Assembly (NCBI GenBank): GCA_032718475.1
Contig: JAUCBJ010008603.1
Location: forward strand, 11,643-75,642
From: Nemertoderma westbladi
Lineage: Eukaryota; Animalia; Xenacoelomorpha
Reading direction: 5' to 3'
Length of the DNA stretch: 64,000 nucleotides
Under the pieces are notes generated by a model. The model had not been told where the DNA came from. It did not search any database and saw only the letters and a list, made by a program, of their open reading frames with translations. A program made the position numbers and the translations under genes. Positions 25,501-37,905 of the stretch are shown here, in pieces. Position 1 is the first letter of the stretch. Each line of letters starts with the position of its first letter.

Positions 25501-27615
25501 CCGTTACCAAACTTACTTGTGTACCGTTGCGTTACGAAACTTACTTGTGCACTGTAACCAAACTTACTTGTGTACCGTTGCGTTACGAAACTTACTTGAG
25601 TACTGTAACCAAACTTACTTGTGTACCGTAACCAAACTTACTTGTGCACCGTAACCAAACTTACTTGTGCACTGTAACCAAACTTACTTGTGCACCGTAA
25701 CCAAACTTACTTGTGAACCGTTACCAAACTTACTTGTGCACCGTAACCAAACTTACTTGTGTACCATTACCAAACTTACTTGTGCACCGTTACCAAACTT
25801 ACTTGTGTACCGTTACCAAACTTACTTGTGCACCGTTACCAAACTTACTTGTGCACCGTTACCAAACTTACTTGCGTACCGTTACCAAACTTACTTGTGT
25901 ACCAAAACCAAACTTACTTGTGTACCGTTGCGTTACCAAACGTACTTGTGTACCGTAACCAAACTTACTTGTGCACCGTAACCAAACTTACTTGTGAACC
26001 GTTACCAAACTTACTTGTATACCGTAACCAAACTTACTTGTGTACCATTACCAAACGTACTCGTGTACCATAACCAAACTTACTTGTGTACCGTAACCAA
26101 ACTTACTTGTGTACCGTAACCAAACTTACTTGTGTACTGTAACCAAACTTACTTGTGTACCGTAACCAAACTTACTTGTGCACCGTAACCAAACTTACTT
26201 GTGAACCGTTACCAAACTTACTTGTGTACCGTAACCAAACTTACTTGTGCACCGTAACCAAACTTACTTGTGAACCGTTACCAAACTTACTTGTGCACCG
26301 TAACCAAACTTACTTGTGTACCATTACCAAACTTACTTGTGCACCGTTACCAAACTTACTTGTGTACCGTTACCAAACTTACTTGTGAACCGTTACCAAA
26401 CTTACTTGTGTACCGTTGCGTTACGAAACTTACTTGTGCACTGTAACCAAACTTACTTGTGTACCGTTGCGTTACGAAACTTACTTGAGTACTGTAACCA
26501 AACTTACTTGTGTACCGTAACCAAACTTACTTGTGCACCGTAACCAAACTTACTTGTGCACCGTAACCAAACTTACTTGTGTACCATTACCAAACTTACT
26601 TGTGCACCGTTACCAAACTTACTTGTGTACCGTTACCAAACTTACTTGTGTACCGTTACCAAACTTACTTGTGTACCGTAACCAAACTTACTTGTGCACC
26701 GTAACCAAACTTACTTGTGAACCGTTACCAAACTTACTTGTGCACCGTAACCAAACTTACTTGTGCACTGTAACCAAACTTACTTGTGCACCGTAACCAA
26801 ACTTACTTGTGAACCGTTACCAAACTTACTTGTGCACCGTAACCAAACTTACTTGTGTACCATTACCAAACTTACTTGTGCACCGTTACCAAACTTACTT
26901 GTGTACCGTTACCAAACTTACTTGTGCACCGTTACCAAACTTACTTGTGCACCGTTACCAAACTTACTTGCGTACCGTTACCAAACTTACTTGTGTACCA
27001 AAACCAAACTTACTTGTGTACCGTTGCGTTACCAAACGTACTTGTGTACCATAACCAAACTTACTTGTGTACCGTTGCGTTACCAAACTTACTTGTGCAC
27101 CGTTACCAAACTTACTTGTGTACCGTTACCAAACTTACTTGTGTACCAAAACCAAACTTACTTGTGTACCGTTGCGTTACCAAACGTACTTGTGTACCAT
27201 AACCAAACTTACTTGTGTACCGTTGCGTTACCAAACTTACTTGTGCACCGTTACCAAACTTACTTGCGTACCGTTACCAAACTTACTTGTGTACCAAAAC
27301 CAAACTTACTTGTGTACCGTTGCGTTACCAAACGTACTTGTGTACCATAACCAAACTTACTTGTGTACCGTTGCGTTACCAAACGTACTTGTGTACCATA
27401 ACCAAACTTACTTGTGTACCGTTGCGTTACCAAACTTACTTGTGCACCGTTACCAAACTTACTTGTGTACCGTTACCAAACTTACTTGTGTACCATAACC
27501 AAACTTACTTGTGTACCGTTGCGTTACCAAACTTACTTGTGCACCGTTACCAAACTTACTTGTGCACCGTAACCAAACTTACTTGTGCACTGTAACCAAA
27601 CTTACTTGTGTACCG
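16574..27615 (-). repeat. 23-bp tandem array (~470-480 copies, with 33-bp variants and higher-order blocks) filling ACE intron 4; unit = exon 4 end + GTAAGT donor
   Basis: Minus-strand unit ttacggtacacaa|gtaagtttgg. Exon 4 ends ...tacacggtacacaa|gtaagtttgg. Confidence 0.97.
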
Positions 27616-27826
27616 TGTAGCCTTGCTTTACTAGTTCGTCTGTAACATCTATTTCCGCGGCATCGGGATATGGTTTAACGATGTCCATTATCCCCCACTG
27701 TTGGGCCCACAAGTTGCCGAGTAGATGTGCCGGTATGAGGCCGTCATCCCCAATATTGGTGCAGCCGGAATCGTCACCAAAGTTGTTGTCCTCTTTGAGT
27801 TTACGTCGAACATACGCATGGAGTTG
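27606..27826 (-). CDS. ACE: ACE exon 4 (QLHAYVRRKL...IPAHLLGNLWAQQW...QGYTVH)
   Basis: tttag|CAA acceptor and AA|gtaagt donor, phase 0 to phase 2, matching exon 5. LHAYVR and PAHLLGN.WAQ.W motifs. Confidence 0.95.
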
Positions 27827-27856
27827 CTAAACGGTATGAAAAAGAAGAGATTTCGC

Positions 27857-29245
27857 TACAATGGTTTCACTTGTTCCCATAAACATACCTGGTACAATGG
27901 TTTCACTTGTTCCCATAAACATACCTGGTACAATGGTTTCACTTGTTCCCATAAACATACCTGGTACAATGGTTTCACTTGTTCCCATAAACATACCTGG
28001 TACAATGGTTTCACTTGTTCCCATAAACATACCTGGTACAATGGTTTCACTTGTACCCATAAACATACCTGGTATAATGGTTTCACTTGTTCCCATAAAC
28101 ATACCTGGTACAATGGTTTCACTTGTTCCCATAAACATACCTGGTACAATGGTTTCACTTGTTCCCAAACATACCTGGTACAATGGTTTCGCTTGTTCCC
28201 ATAAACATACCTGGTACAATGGTTTCACTTGTTCCCATAAACATACCTGGTACAATGGTTTCACTTGTACCCATAAACATACCTGGTACAATGGTTTCAC
28301 TTGTTCCCATAAACATACCTGGTACAATGGTTTTACTTGTTCCCATAAACATACCTGGTACAATGGTTTCACTTGTACCCATAAACATACCTGGTACAAT
28401 GGTTTCACTTGTTCCCAAACATACCTGGTACAATGGTTTCGCTTGTTCCCATAAACATACCTGGTACAATGGTTTCACTTGTTCCCATAAACATACCTGG
28501 TACAATGGTTTCACTTGTACCCATAAACATACCTGGTACAATGGTTTCACTTGTTCCCATAAACATACCTGGTACAATGGTTTCACTTGTTCCCATAAAC
28601 ATACCTGGTACAATGGTTTCACTTGTACCCATAAACATACCTGGTACAATGGTTTTTCACTTGTTCCCATAAACATACCTGGTACAATGGTTTCACTTGT
28701 TCCCATAAACATACCTGGTACAATGGTTTCACTTGTTCCCATAAACATACCTGGTACAATGGTTTCACTTGTTACCATAAACATACCTGGTACAATGGTT
28801 TCACTTGTTCCCAAACATACCTGGTACATTGGTTTCACTTGTTCCCATAAACATACCTGGTACAATGGTTTCACTTGTTACCAAACATACCTGGTACAAT
28901 GGTTTCACTTGTTCCCATAAACATACCTGGTACAATGGTTTCACTTGTTCCCATAAACATACCTGGTACAATGGTTTCACTTGTTCCCAAACATACCTGG
29001 TACAATGGTTTCGCTTGTTCCCATAAACATACCTGGTACAATGGTTTCACTTGTACCCATAAACATACCTGGTACAATGGTTTCACTTGTACCCATAAAC
29101 ATACCTGGTACAATGGTTTCACTTGTACCCATAAACATACCTACCTGGTACAATGGTTTCACTTGTACCCATAAACATACCTGGTACAATGGTTTCACTT
29201 GTTCCCATAAACATACCTGGTACAATGGTTTTACTTGTTTCCATA
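27857..29245 (-). repeat. 36-bp tandem array (~38 copies) filling ACE intron 3; unit = exon 3 end + GTATGT donor
   Basis: Minus-strand unit atgggaacaagtgaaaccattgtaccag|gtatgttt. Exon 3 ends atggaaacaagtaaaaccattgtaccag|gtatgttt. Confidence 0.97.
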
Positions 29246-29368
29246 TATCCTCCACCATTTCTTTCAGATTATCAACCTCGTAAACCCCTCGCCATACTTC
29301 CGACGCATCTGTGTAGTTTTGTGACGTAGCTCCTTTATTGCTTAGAGCTACCGACTCTACATATAAGT
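29217..29368 (-). CDS. ACE: ACE exon 3 (DLYVESVALSNKGA...WKQVKPLYQ)
   Basis: tttag|AC phase-1 acceptor and CAG|gtatgt donor. W.QVKPLY motif. Confidence 0.92.
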
Positions 29369-29913
29369 CTAAATGAATAGATTAATGTTAAATATAGTTA
29401 AGTTATAAAGTTACGGTCACATAGAATTCGCAATCATTGTTTTAGTCAAGTTTGGGGTAAATCCTGTAACCATTGTGTGTTTAAAACATAACAGCTGTAG
29501 ATAAACACCCCGGTAAACATGGTAACACGATTTACGATAAATGCTCAATCAAGGTTGTATTGGAGACGGCGACACCCTCCTAAATATTGTTTAGTAGGGT
29601 CTAATGCGTACAAAACCGATGAAACATTTTATGGGTATAAAAAATCCGGTTCACCAAATTCTATGGATTTTGCTGCCGGACTATAACTATGTGATCTTTC
29701 TTACCCTTCATAATATGATAATCTTCTAATGTACCAACAGCTGATTGTGCTTGGTGGTATACAAATAAATGGTCGTAGAAATTTGTTAACAACAGTGTTA
29801 GAAATTATACTAATTATGAAATTTGCACAATAGACAAAGTATGTACCCAAACATTAAGTACCCATACATACCAAAACCTAAATAGTTATATATTGCTCAA
29901 TAGCTTGATTTAC

Positions 29914-30049
29914 CTTTAAGCTTTGGTCCAGTGGCGTCCCTCCAACCTTGCCAATAGTATAATAGTTTCTTGCAGTCCTTATCTGTGTTAAACATTAGCT
30001 CAATGTCAGGCTCACCCGGGATGCATTTGTGGCCACTTTTATTGCAAAC
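29914..30049 (-). CDS. ACE: ACE exon 2 (VCNKSGHKCIPGEPDI...WQGWRDATGPKLK)
   Basis: ttcag|GTT acceptor and AAAG|gtaaat donor. W.GWRD motif. Confidence 0.92.
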
Positions 30050-30168
30050 CTGAACCAAAAAACATTTCTATTATTTATTGTCCTTTTTATTTTAGGACAA
30101 GGTAGAAAAAAATAAAAAGTTTTACGAAAATTATTTTATATGTGTTTAACATCCATAGATTGTATAAA

Positions 30169-30323
30169 TTAATAAGTAATTAAACAGGACTAAGGATGAT
30201 CCAACGCTATAGCAAATGGAGCGGAAAAAATCAATTCGCTACCACGCTGGTGGCGAATTGATTTTTTCCGCTTCATTTGCTATAGAGTTGGATCATCCTT
30301 AGTCCTGTTTAATTACTTATTAA
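30169..30323. mobile_element. ~155-bp near-perfect hairpin (MITE/foldback) in ACE intron 1
   Basis: The arm ttaataagtaattaaacaggactaaggatgatccaac... pairs with ...gttggatcatccttagtcctgtttaattacttattaa with few mismatches. Confidence 0.75.
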
Positions 30324-30679
30324 GTTTTACGAAAATATATAAGAAATAATAATATTTGCATATACACTTCGATCGAACACTCCGCTAGAAACTAGCTAAT
30401 ATTAATTTTCAACTACACACTATTTTATTGCACACTGCCTGAATTGCTCGTCCCAAACCAAAATTAGTAAAATTTTCGTAATTATTATTTTATTCACCTT
30501 CGGTCTATTCTTGCTGTTAATTAAATATATAATATTTAACTAAATAGGCCTAACTAAGGCGTACTAGAAATAAGGATAGAGTTAAAAGTTGAGAGTAAAA
30601 GTTTAGTTCTAGAACGCCTTGTATATAACTAATATAAATAACAATGTAACATAATCTATAAATAATTATATTTACTTAC

Positions 30680-31099
30680 CACAGCAGTACTAAACAATCT
30701 AGTCATATTGCTATCAATTTCTATTGCTCTCGCGATATCTTTGGGGTCGTTAAGTTTACCGCCGTAGGTAATATCGTCTAACATCCTCGCTAAACTCCGA
30801 TCCTTGTACCCATTCACGCCGGTAAACTTCTCCGCCTCATCGCGCAGTCTATTCTCCACGGCGACGTGAGTTCTGCTGATATTCGCTAGAATTTCTTTGT
30901 TTTCCGGTGTCATATTCGATTGGAAGTTGAAATTAGCGAGAGAAGCTTCTCGGCTCTGGAGAGCAGATATCGTGTTGTACGACTTCAACCACAAACATGC
31001 TCGATTCTCTTCGGATGTGTCGTGTTTTTTACACTTAAACGACTCACATATCGGCGATAGAAGTGTTAATACCACGATAATTCGCCTGATGTTGATCAT
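30680..31099 (-). CDS. ACE: ACE exon 1 with signal peptide (MINIRRIIVVLTLLSPICES...LFSTAV)
   Basis: ATG followed by a hydrophobic leader, and a GTG|gtaagt donor. The six exons splice in frame to 1845 nt (614 aa + stop). Confidence 0.85.
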
Positions 31100-32249
31100 T
31101 TTGGCGCAGTTGATGCCAGTTCTACTGACCTGGATAATATTTATTTGCGGGCCATCAACTTAGGCCCCCCACTGATATAATAACGAACAAACAAAATATA
31201 ACTATATATTATTTTAAACATAAATTATTAGCTAAATTGAGAGACAAACGAGGGATCTATTACAAGTAGATATTTACTCCATAGAAACAAATAGAATTGA
31301 GTTCGGTATTCCTCTGAATTTATTCAGGCCTGTTACTGAACTGATAAACTCAAAGCTAGCATAATAATATACCAAAAATGACCAGAAATGATTCTTAAAT
31401 TATTACTTTTTCGATCGAATATACCCAAAAATCGTGAGAAAAAGGGAGTATTTATTTTCTCTACGGAAAAGGACAGCATTGATTTTACTGTTTTCCCGGC
31501 GAAAAAGGTAAAATGAAATATTTTTGGTGGAATTTCTTAAATTATACAGTATTACATGTGTTGAAAGAGCATCGAAGTAGAAAAGGTTTGAACGTAATTT
31601 GGGCAAAATCCATTCACACACTCAAAAGTTATGGTAAATTTAGTGTCTGCGCGGCGAACACCAAAACGGAACTCAATATCCAATATTGGTTTATGTTGTT
31701 AAGCGGCTCTCTAGTTACGTAATAAATATTCGAGAACACTAAATTATTTAACATTGAGTAAGGCAGCATCAGGAGTTGAAGAGTACAATAATATGAATCG
31801 CCGTAACTATGGAAGCAATATAGTAAAATACTGCAGTTCAATTTATTTTGTACCACTATAATATCGCTCTATATCCTTTATAAAGAATTAAGCAGCAAAG
31901 TATTCTCTCGACCTATTCTCTTAACCTCGCTCGAGCTCGGTAAATAAAATGCCCCGAGAATAGTGAAAAAGTTTACCAAGTAATAAATAATTATATTATC
32001 TTTATAAAATGCAGATAAATACGCATCTCTTCCTAAAATGTTATGCTAATCCCCGTTTAGTATTTAATTATTATTTATACCTGACGTAATATTTTTTGAC
32101 AAATATTATTAATTATTGCAAGTTCTTCCTTCTACGAATGGTAAATATTTACACGTAAAAAGTACAGTTTATGTCTTCCGATATATAAAGTTTTATAACA
32201 ACCGAATGTTACGTTCTGGAAGACTATGGAAACTCATACGAAAACTAGT

Positions 32250-32381
32250 AAACTAGGCGGCTGATTCCAAAACTAAGGCGGCTGTTTCCAAAACTAAGGA
32301 GGTTGATTCCAAAACTAAGGCGGCTGATACCAAAACTAAGGCGGCTGTTTCCAAAACTAAGGCGGCTGATTCTAAAACTAG
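32250..32381. repeat. 21-bp minisatellite, ~6 copies
   Basis: Unit aaaactaaggcggctgattcc. Confidence 0.85.
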
Positions 32382-34244
32382 ACGCTGCCTTGGTCTCCCT
32401 TTCCCTAATATCACCTTCATCCATTCCATATGTGCAGTATTCTAAAATTATATTGAAAGGAAGAATAAAAAGCAAATAATTTGATTTGAAAAAACTATAA
32501 CAAAATTAAGGCGGCTGATATCAAAACAAAAGTGACTGATACGCCACATACGGTATTATTACTGGAACATCAGCAAAAAAGGGAAATAAAGCCTAGAAAT
32601 AAATCTATCCACCCAATATATCCGCCATCTTTATTACAAAAATACTAATTTGTTTCCCTTGTATTCAAGTATTTGTTATTTAATCCTGCTGAATCGACGG
32701 TTATTTGTGGAATAAAAATGTTTATAAAACAATAATAAATCATCGTTTTAATACACTATTAAACAAATTCCAATATAGGTCCCATTACTCTGTAGCTTTA
32801 ATAAGAAATAGTTTAGTAGAATGGATAAGAAAACAGCAACCTTCTACCACTACAGGCCTACGTTGTTACCCATATTAAAAGGTAAGCTGTCATTATAACA
32901 CAAAATGTGATTCAATTGCCAGCTGGCTCGCTCTTGGAGCGTAATATATAAGAGCACACGACCTATGGAACCGGTATCCAATGAGTCTATATTGCACCTA
33001 GCTGTAATAGGCTCCACCATATGGAGGGGAGAGAGAGGCTTCCATTCATAAATAGCCAGTAGTATAAAGGATTCCATTGGGACATTGTTGTAAGTTCTAT
33101 TGAATCTTACTTCTATTGAGTTCTATGGATTTCCCGACATCAACAGATGTCAATCCAAAATAATATCCCTCGGGTTCTCAATTATTTATTTACATAATTA
33201 ATATACAATACTTTGGTCAGATAGGGGGGGGGGGGGGGGGGGGGGGATCTGGACGCAATAAACATTCATCCCTCTCCAGGGGAAATTGGACGCAAATAAC
33301 AGCTGTTTACGAGCAAAAATAGAACTGCAACCAGTTCTATTGTGTTTAGTTTATTGTTTATGATACAGACGTGCTATCCTGTTTTTTGCGCAGCTCCGCT
33401 TTGCAAATATGAAACAATTGTTTAACGGGTGAAAGTGCCTTGTAAAGAAGGCATATATTTCAAAGGGTGAGGGTATATAGACCCAATGCATGCATAGTAA
33501 TCATATATCATGCACATGAATAGCATGTATAGAAATATATAAACTGCACATCAATATTTAGAGATCAATAACCGAACCGTTAAACATCATTAAATAATTT
33601 ACACTCAACCTTTATTACATTTTATGGAGGAAGAAAGGGGAGGTTGGTGGGTTAAAATATTCTGAATTCATCCGAAGGGTTGTAAGTTATCGGCTGTCAA
33701 GAAAGCCGAATAGATTGCTGCATAACCTTTGTTGTTTGATTTATACTGTATCCAGTATAAGCAGTGACGGATAAGACTTGCTTTCCATTACACCACCTTG
33801 CGGCTTCTTTATTAATTTATATTCTACCCCGAGCGGATGCTCACGTTGCATCATAAAGTACATTGGGCTCAATATTCTACAATATCACCCAATAAATATT
33901 TTGGTTAAAATAACGTGCCACTGTAACCTGCTCCTTTCCCTAAATTGAGAATTTAACATTGAGGCGGGACATTAATTCGCCAAGGCGGGTTTTGCGTCCA
34001 GCCCCCCTCCCCCCCCCCCCCCCCCCCCCTGTCTCACTTTGGTAATTAACACAATAAATGCACCTTAATAGTTTGTAAGAAGTGTGACTCAATGTGTAGC
34101 TGCTACAATATTATTGATGCTTAGCTCAGAAAGGGGGAGTTTAAAACAAGCAAAGTTAAACATTCCACTAAATTTATTGCCTTTACAACCAATTCATAAA
34201 CGACAATTCACCAGGAATAAATAAAGATTTGACTTTATTCAGCT

Positions 34245-36787
34245 ACAAATACATGGACTGTAGTGAAATAAAGGAACAAATACATGGACTGTAGTGAAAT
34301 AAAGGAACAAATACATGGACTGTAGTGAAATAAAGGAACAAATACATGGACTGTAGGGAAATAAAGGAACAAAGACATGGACTGTAGGGAAATAAAGGAA
34401 CAAATACATGGACTGTAGGGAAATAAAGGAACAAATACATGGACTGTAGTGAAATAAAGGAACAAATACATGGACTGTAGGGAAATAAAGGAACAAATAC
34501 ATGGACTGTAGTGAAATAAAGGAACAAATACATGGACTGTAGTGAAATAAAGGAACAAATACATGGACTGTAGTGAAATAAAGGAACAAATACATGGACT
34601 GTAGTGAAATAAAGGAACAAATACATGGACTGTAGTGAAATAAAGGAACAAATACATGGACTGTAGGGAAATAAAGGAACAAATACATGGACTGTAGGGA
34701 AATAAAGGAACAAATACATGGACTGTAGTGAAATAAAGGAACAAATACATGGACTGTAGTGAAATAAAGGAACAAATACATGGACTGTAGGGAAATAAAG
34801 GAACAAATACATGGACTGTAGTGAAATAAAGGAACAAATACATGGACTGTAGGGAAATAAAGGAACAAATACATGGACTGTAGGGAAATAAAGGAACAAA
34901 TACATGGACTGTAGTGAAATAAAGGAACAAATACATGGACTGTAGTGAAATAAAGGAACAAATACATGGACTGTAGTGAAATAAAGGAACAAATACATGG
35001 ACTGTAGGGAAATAAAGGAACAAATACATGGACTGTAGTGAAATAAAGGAACAAATACATGGACTGTAGGGAAATAAAGGAACAAATACATGGACTGTAG
35101 TGAAATAAAGGAACAAATACATGGACTGTAGTGGAAATAAAGGAACAAATACATGGACTGTAGTGAAATAAAGGAACAAATACATGGACTGTAGTGAAAT
35201 AAAGGAACAAATACATGGACTGTAGTGAAATAAAGGAACAAATACATGGACTGTAGTGAAATAAAGGAACAAATACATGGACTGTAGTGAAATAAAGGAA
35301 CAAATACATGGACTGTAGTGAAATAAAGGAACAAATACATGGACTGTAGTGAAATAAAGGAACAAATACATGGACTGTAGTGAAATAAAGGAACAAATAC
35401 ATGGACTGTAGTGAAATAAAGGAACAAATACATGGACTGTAGTGAAATAAAGGAACAAATACATGGACTGTAGGGAAATAAAGGAACAAATACATGGACT
35501 GTAGTGAAATAAAGGAACAAATACATGGACTGTAGGGAAATAAAGGAACAAATACATGGACTGTAGTGAAATAAAGGAACAAATACATGGACTGTAGTGA
35601 AATAAAGGAACAAATACATGGACTGTAGTGAAATAAAGGAACAAATACATGGACTGTAGTGAAATAAAGGAACAAATACATGGACTGTAGTGAAATAAAG
35701 GAACAAATACATGGACTGTAGTGAAATAAAGGAACAAATACATGGACTGTAGTGAAATAAAGGAACAAATACATGGACTGTAGTGAAATAAAGGAACAAA
35801 TACATGGACTGTAGTGAAATAAAGGAACAAATACATGGACTGTAGTGAAATAAAGGAACAAATACATGGACTGTAGTGAAATAAAGGAACAAATACATGG
35901 ACTGTAGTGAAATAAAGGAACAAATACATGGACTGTAGTGAAATAAAGGAACAAATACATGGACTGTAGTGAAATAAAGGAACAAATACATGGACTGTAG
36001 TGAAATAAAGGAACAAATACATGGACTGTAGTGAAATAAAGGAACAAATACATGGACTGTAGTGAAATAAAGGAACAAATACATGGACTGTAGTGAAATA
36101 AAGGAACAAATACATGGACTGTAGTGAAATAAAGGAACAAATACATGGACTGTAGGGAAATAAAGGAACAAATACATGGACTGTAGTGAAATAAAGGAAC
36201 AAATACATGGACTGTAGTGAAATAAAGGAACAAATACATGGACTGTAGTGAAATAAAGGAACAAATACATGGACTGTAGTGAAATAAAGGAACAAATACA
36301 TGGACTGTAGGGAAATAAAGGAACAAATACATGGACTGTAGTGAAATAAAGGAACAAATACATGGACTGTAGTGAAATAAAGGAACAAATACATGGACTG
36401 TAGTGAAATAAAGGAACAAATACATGGACTGTAGGGAAATAAAGGAACAAATACATGGACTGTAGGGAAATAAAGGAACAAATACATGGACTGTAGTGAA
36501 ATAAAGGAACAAATACATGGACTGTAGTGAAATAAAGGAACAAATACATGGACTGTAGTGAAATAAAGGAACAAATACATGGACTGTAGGGAAATAAAGG
36601 AACAAATACATGGACTGTAGTGAAATAAAGGAACAAATACATGGACTGTAGTGAAATAAAGGAACAAATACATGGACTGTAGGGAAATAAAGGAACAAAT
36701 ACATGGACTGTAGTGAAATAAAGGAACAAATACATGGACTGTAGTGAAATAAAGGAACAAATACATGGACTGTAGTGAAATAAAGGA
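34245..36787 (-). repeat. Highly homogeneous 31-bp tandem array (~82 copies) whose minus-strand unit is a textbook 3' splice site plus 13 nt
   Basis: Minus-strand unit tcctttatttca/cctacag|tccatgtatttgt. Confidence 0.96.
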
Positions 36788-37286
36788 AAATTATTTTCCT
36801 AAAACTGCAGAATATTTGACAATGATCGAAATCAACATTATACTAAGTGATCGCGAGTATATATGACCTACAGAACTATAGATACGACCCGCCATGCGCC
36901 CAGCTTTTGCAAAGCCCCTCAATTTAGTGGGCCAGTTATACTATAGTATCCGTGCTACAATAGGTCTAACGGGTTGAGTGTAATTGGACCTAACTAAAAT
37001 TATATCCTCTTTCAGTTGAGACAAATAAAAATTAAATTGGGTTTAATCCCGTAGTTTTAGAGATATGATGATTTCCTGTCACCCTTTTCAGCACGTTAGG
37101 AATTGAGAAATATTACTCAAAATACGCCACCCTTTAAAGACTTTGGTAACCAACCACATTATTTGTTGGTGTTGAATAATTAATTATTAGTAATAATTTT
37201 GTGTCTATTAAAAATCTGTGTTTTGACTTAATCTAATTTACGATGATTGTTAATAATGAATTCAACACCCCAACAAATAATAATAT

Positions 37287-37825
37287 TGTTAGCTTATTCA
37301 ATCCCGCCAACACCCCATAAAGTTGTAAGCCGATAAGCAATATTGGGAGCCACGAGATTGGGCAATTAACCAACTCGTGCCATCCCAATAAGAGTGGGAA
37401 GGAAGCACACAATAGAGGGTCAGGGGCCAAACCCCTAACCCAGAGAGAACAGGTGGAGTGAACGGGAATACTCCACGGGGCGCCAACAAGGGTATTAACC
37501 AATCAGAGGGGGGGAATGGCATCGATTGAGTAGCAGTAAGGCCACCGTGCAATATAACCAATAACCTATTAATCAGTGATTCAGTTATCTCAGTGCACCA
37601 GTGCTAGCGTAGGGTACAGCCAATTAGTTTAGTTAGGGGATCACGGGACTTTAGTTACCGTATCCCGCCTACCGTATAATTCACAATATATCTATATCCT
37701 ATAACCTATTATTATACACCGAACTTCAGAACTCAGTTATCTTTATTTCACTCTTATACACGGCGGGGACGCGTGGACTAAATACCACATCGGATAAATC
37801 GGGATCCCTCCTGGATCCCGTCACA
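37287..37825 (+). repeat. 5' LTR (539 bp)
   Basis: tgttagcttattc...cccgtcaca, matching 51223-51760. Confidence 0.95.
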
Positions 37826-37905
37826 GTAACTAAAGACGAGCTGCCGCCCCAGTTAAACACAAAGAACTCCACCCTAGCTAGCCGAACCATCAGCCACCAG
37901 ACGAG

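Noticed and set aside
17041-29283. Dozens of plus-strand repeat ORFs (TVTKLTC, NIPGTMVSL)
   Set aside because: They are antisense read-outs of ACE intronic arrays with no independent gene structure.
29705-29740. 36-nt phase-1 cassette exon candidate in ACE intron 2 (cag|...|gtaag on the minus strand)
   Set aside because: The acceptor lacks a pyrimidine tract, the peptide is not ACE-like, and exons 2 and 3 already join into a normal sequence.
34235-36766. Three 820-843-aa minus-strand ORFs as standalone genes
   Set aside because: The 31-bp unit lacks stops in every minus frame, so long ORFs are automatic. There is no unique start or domain.
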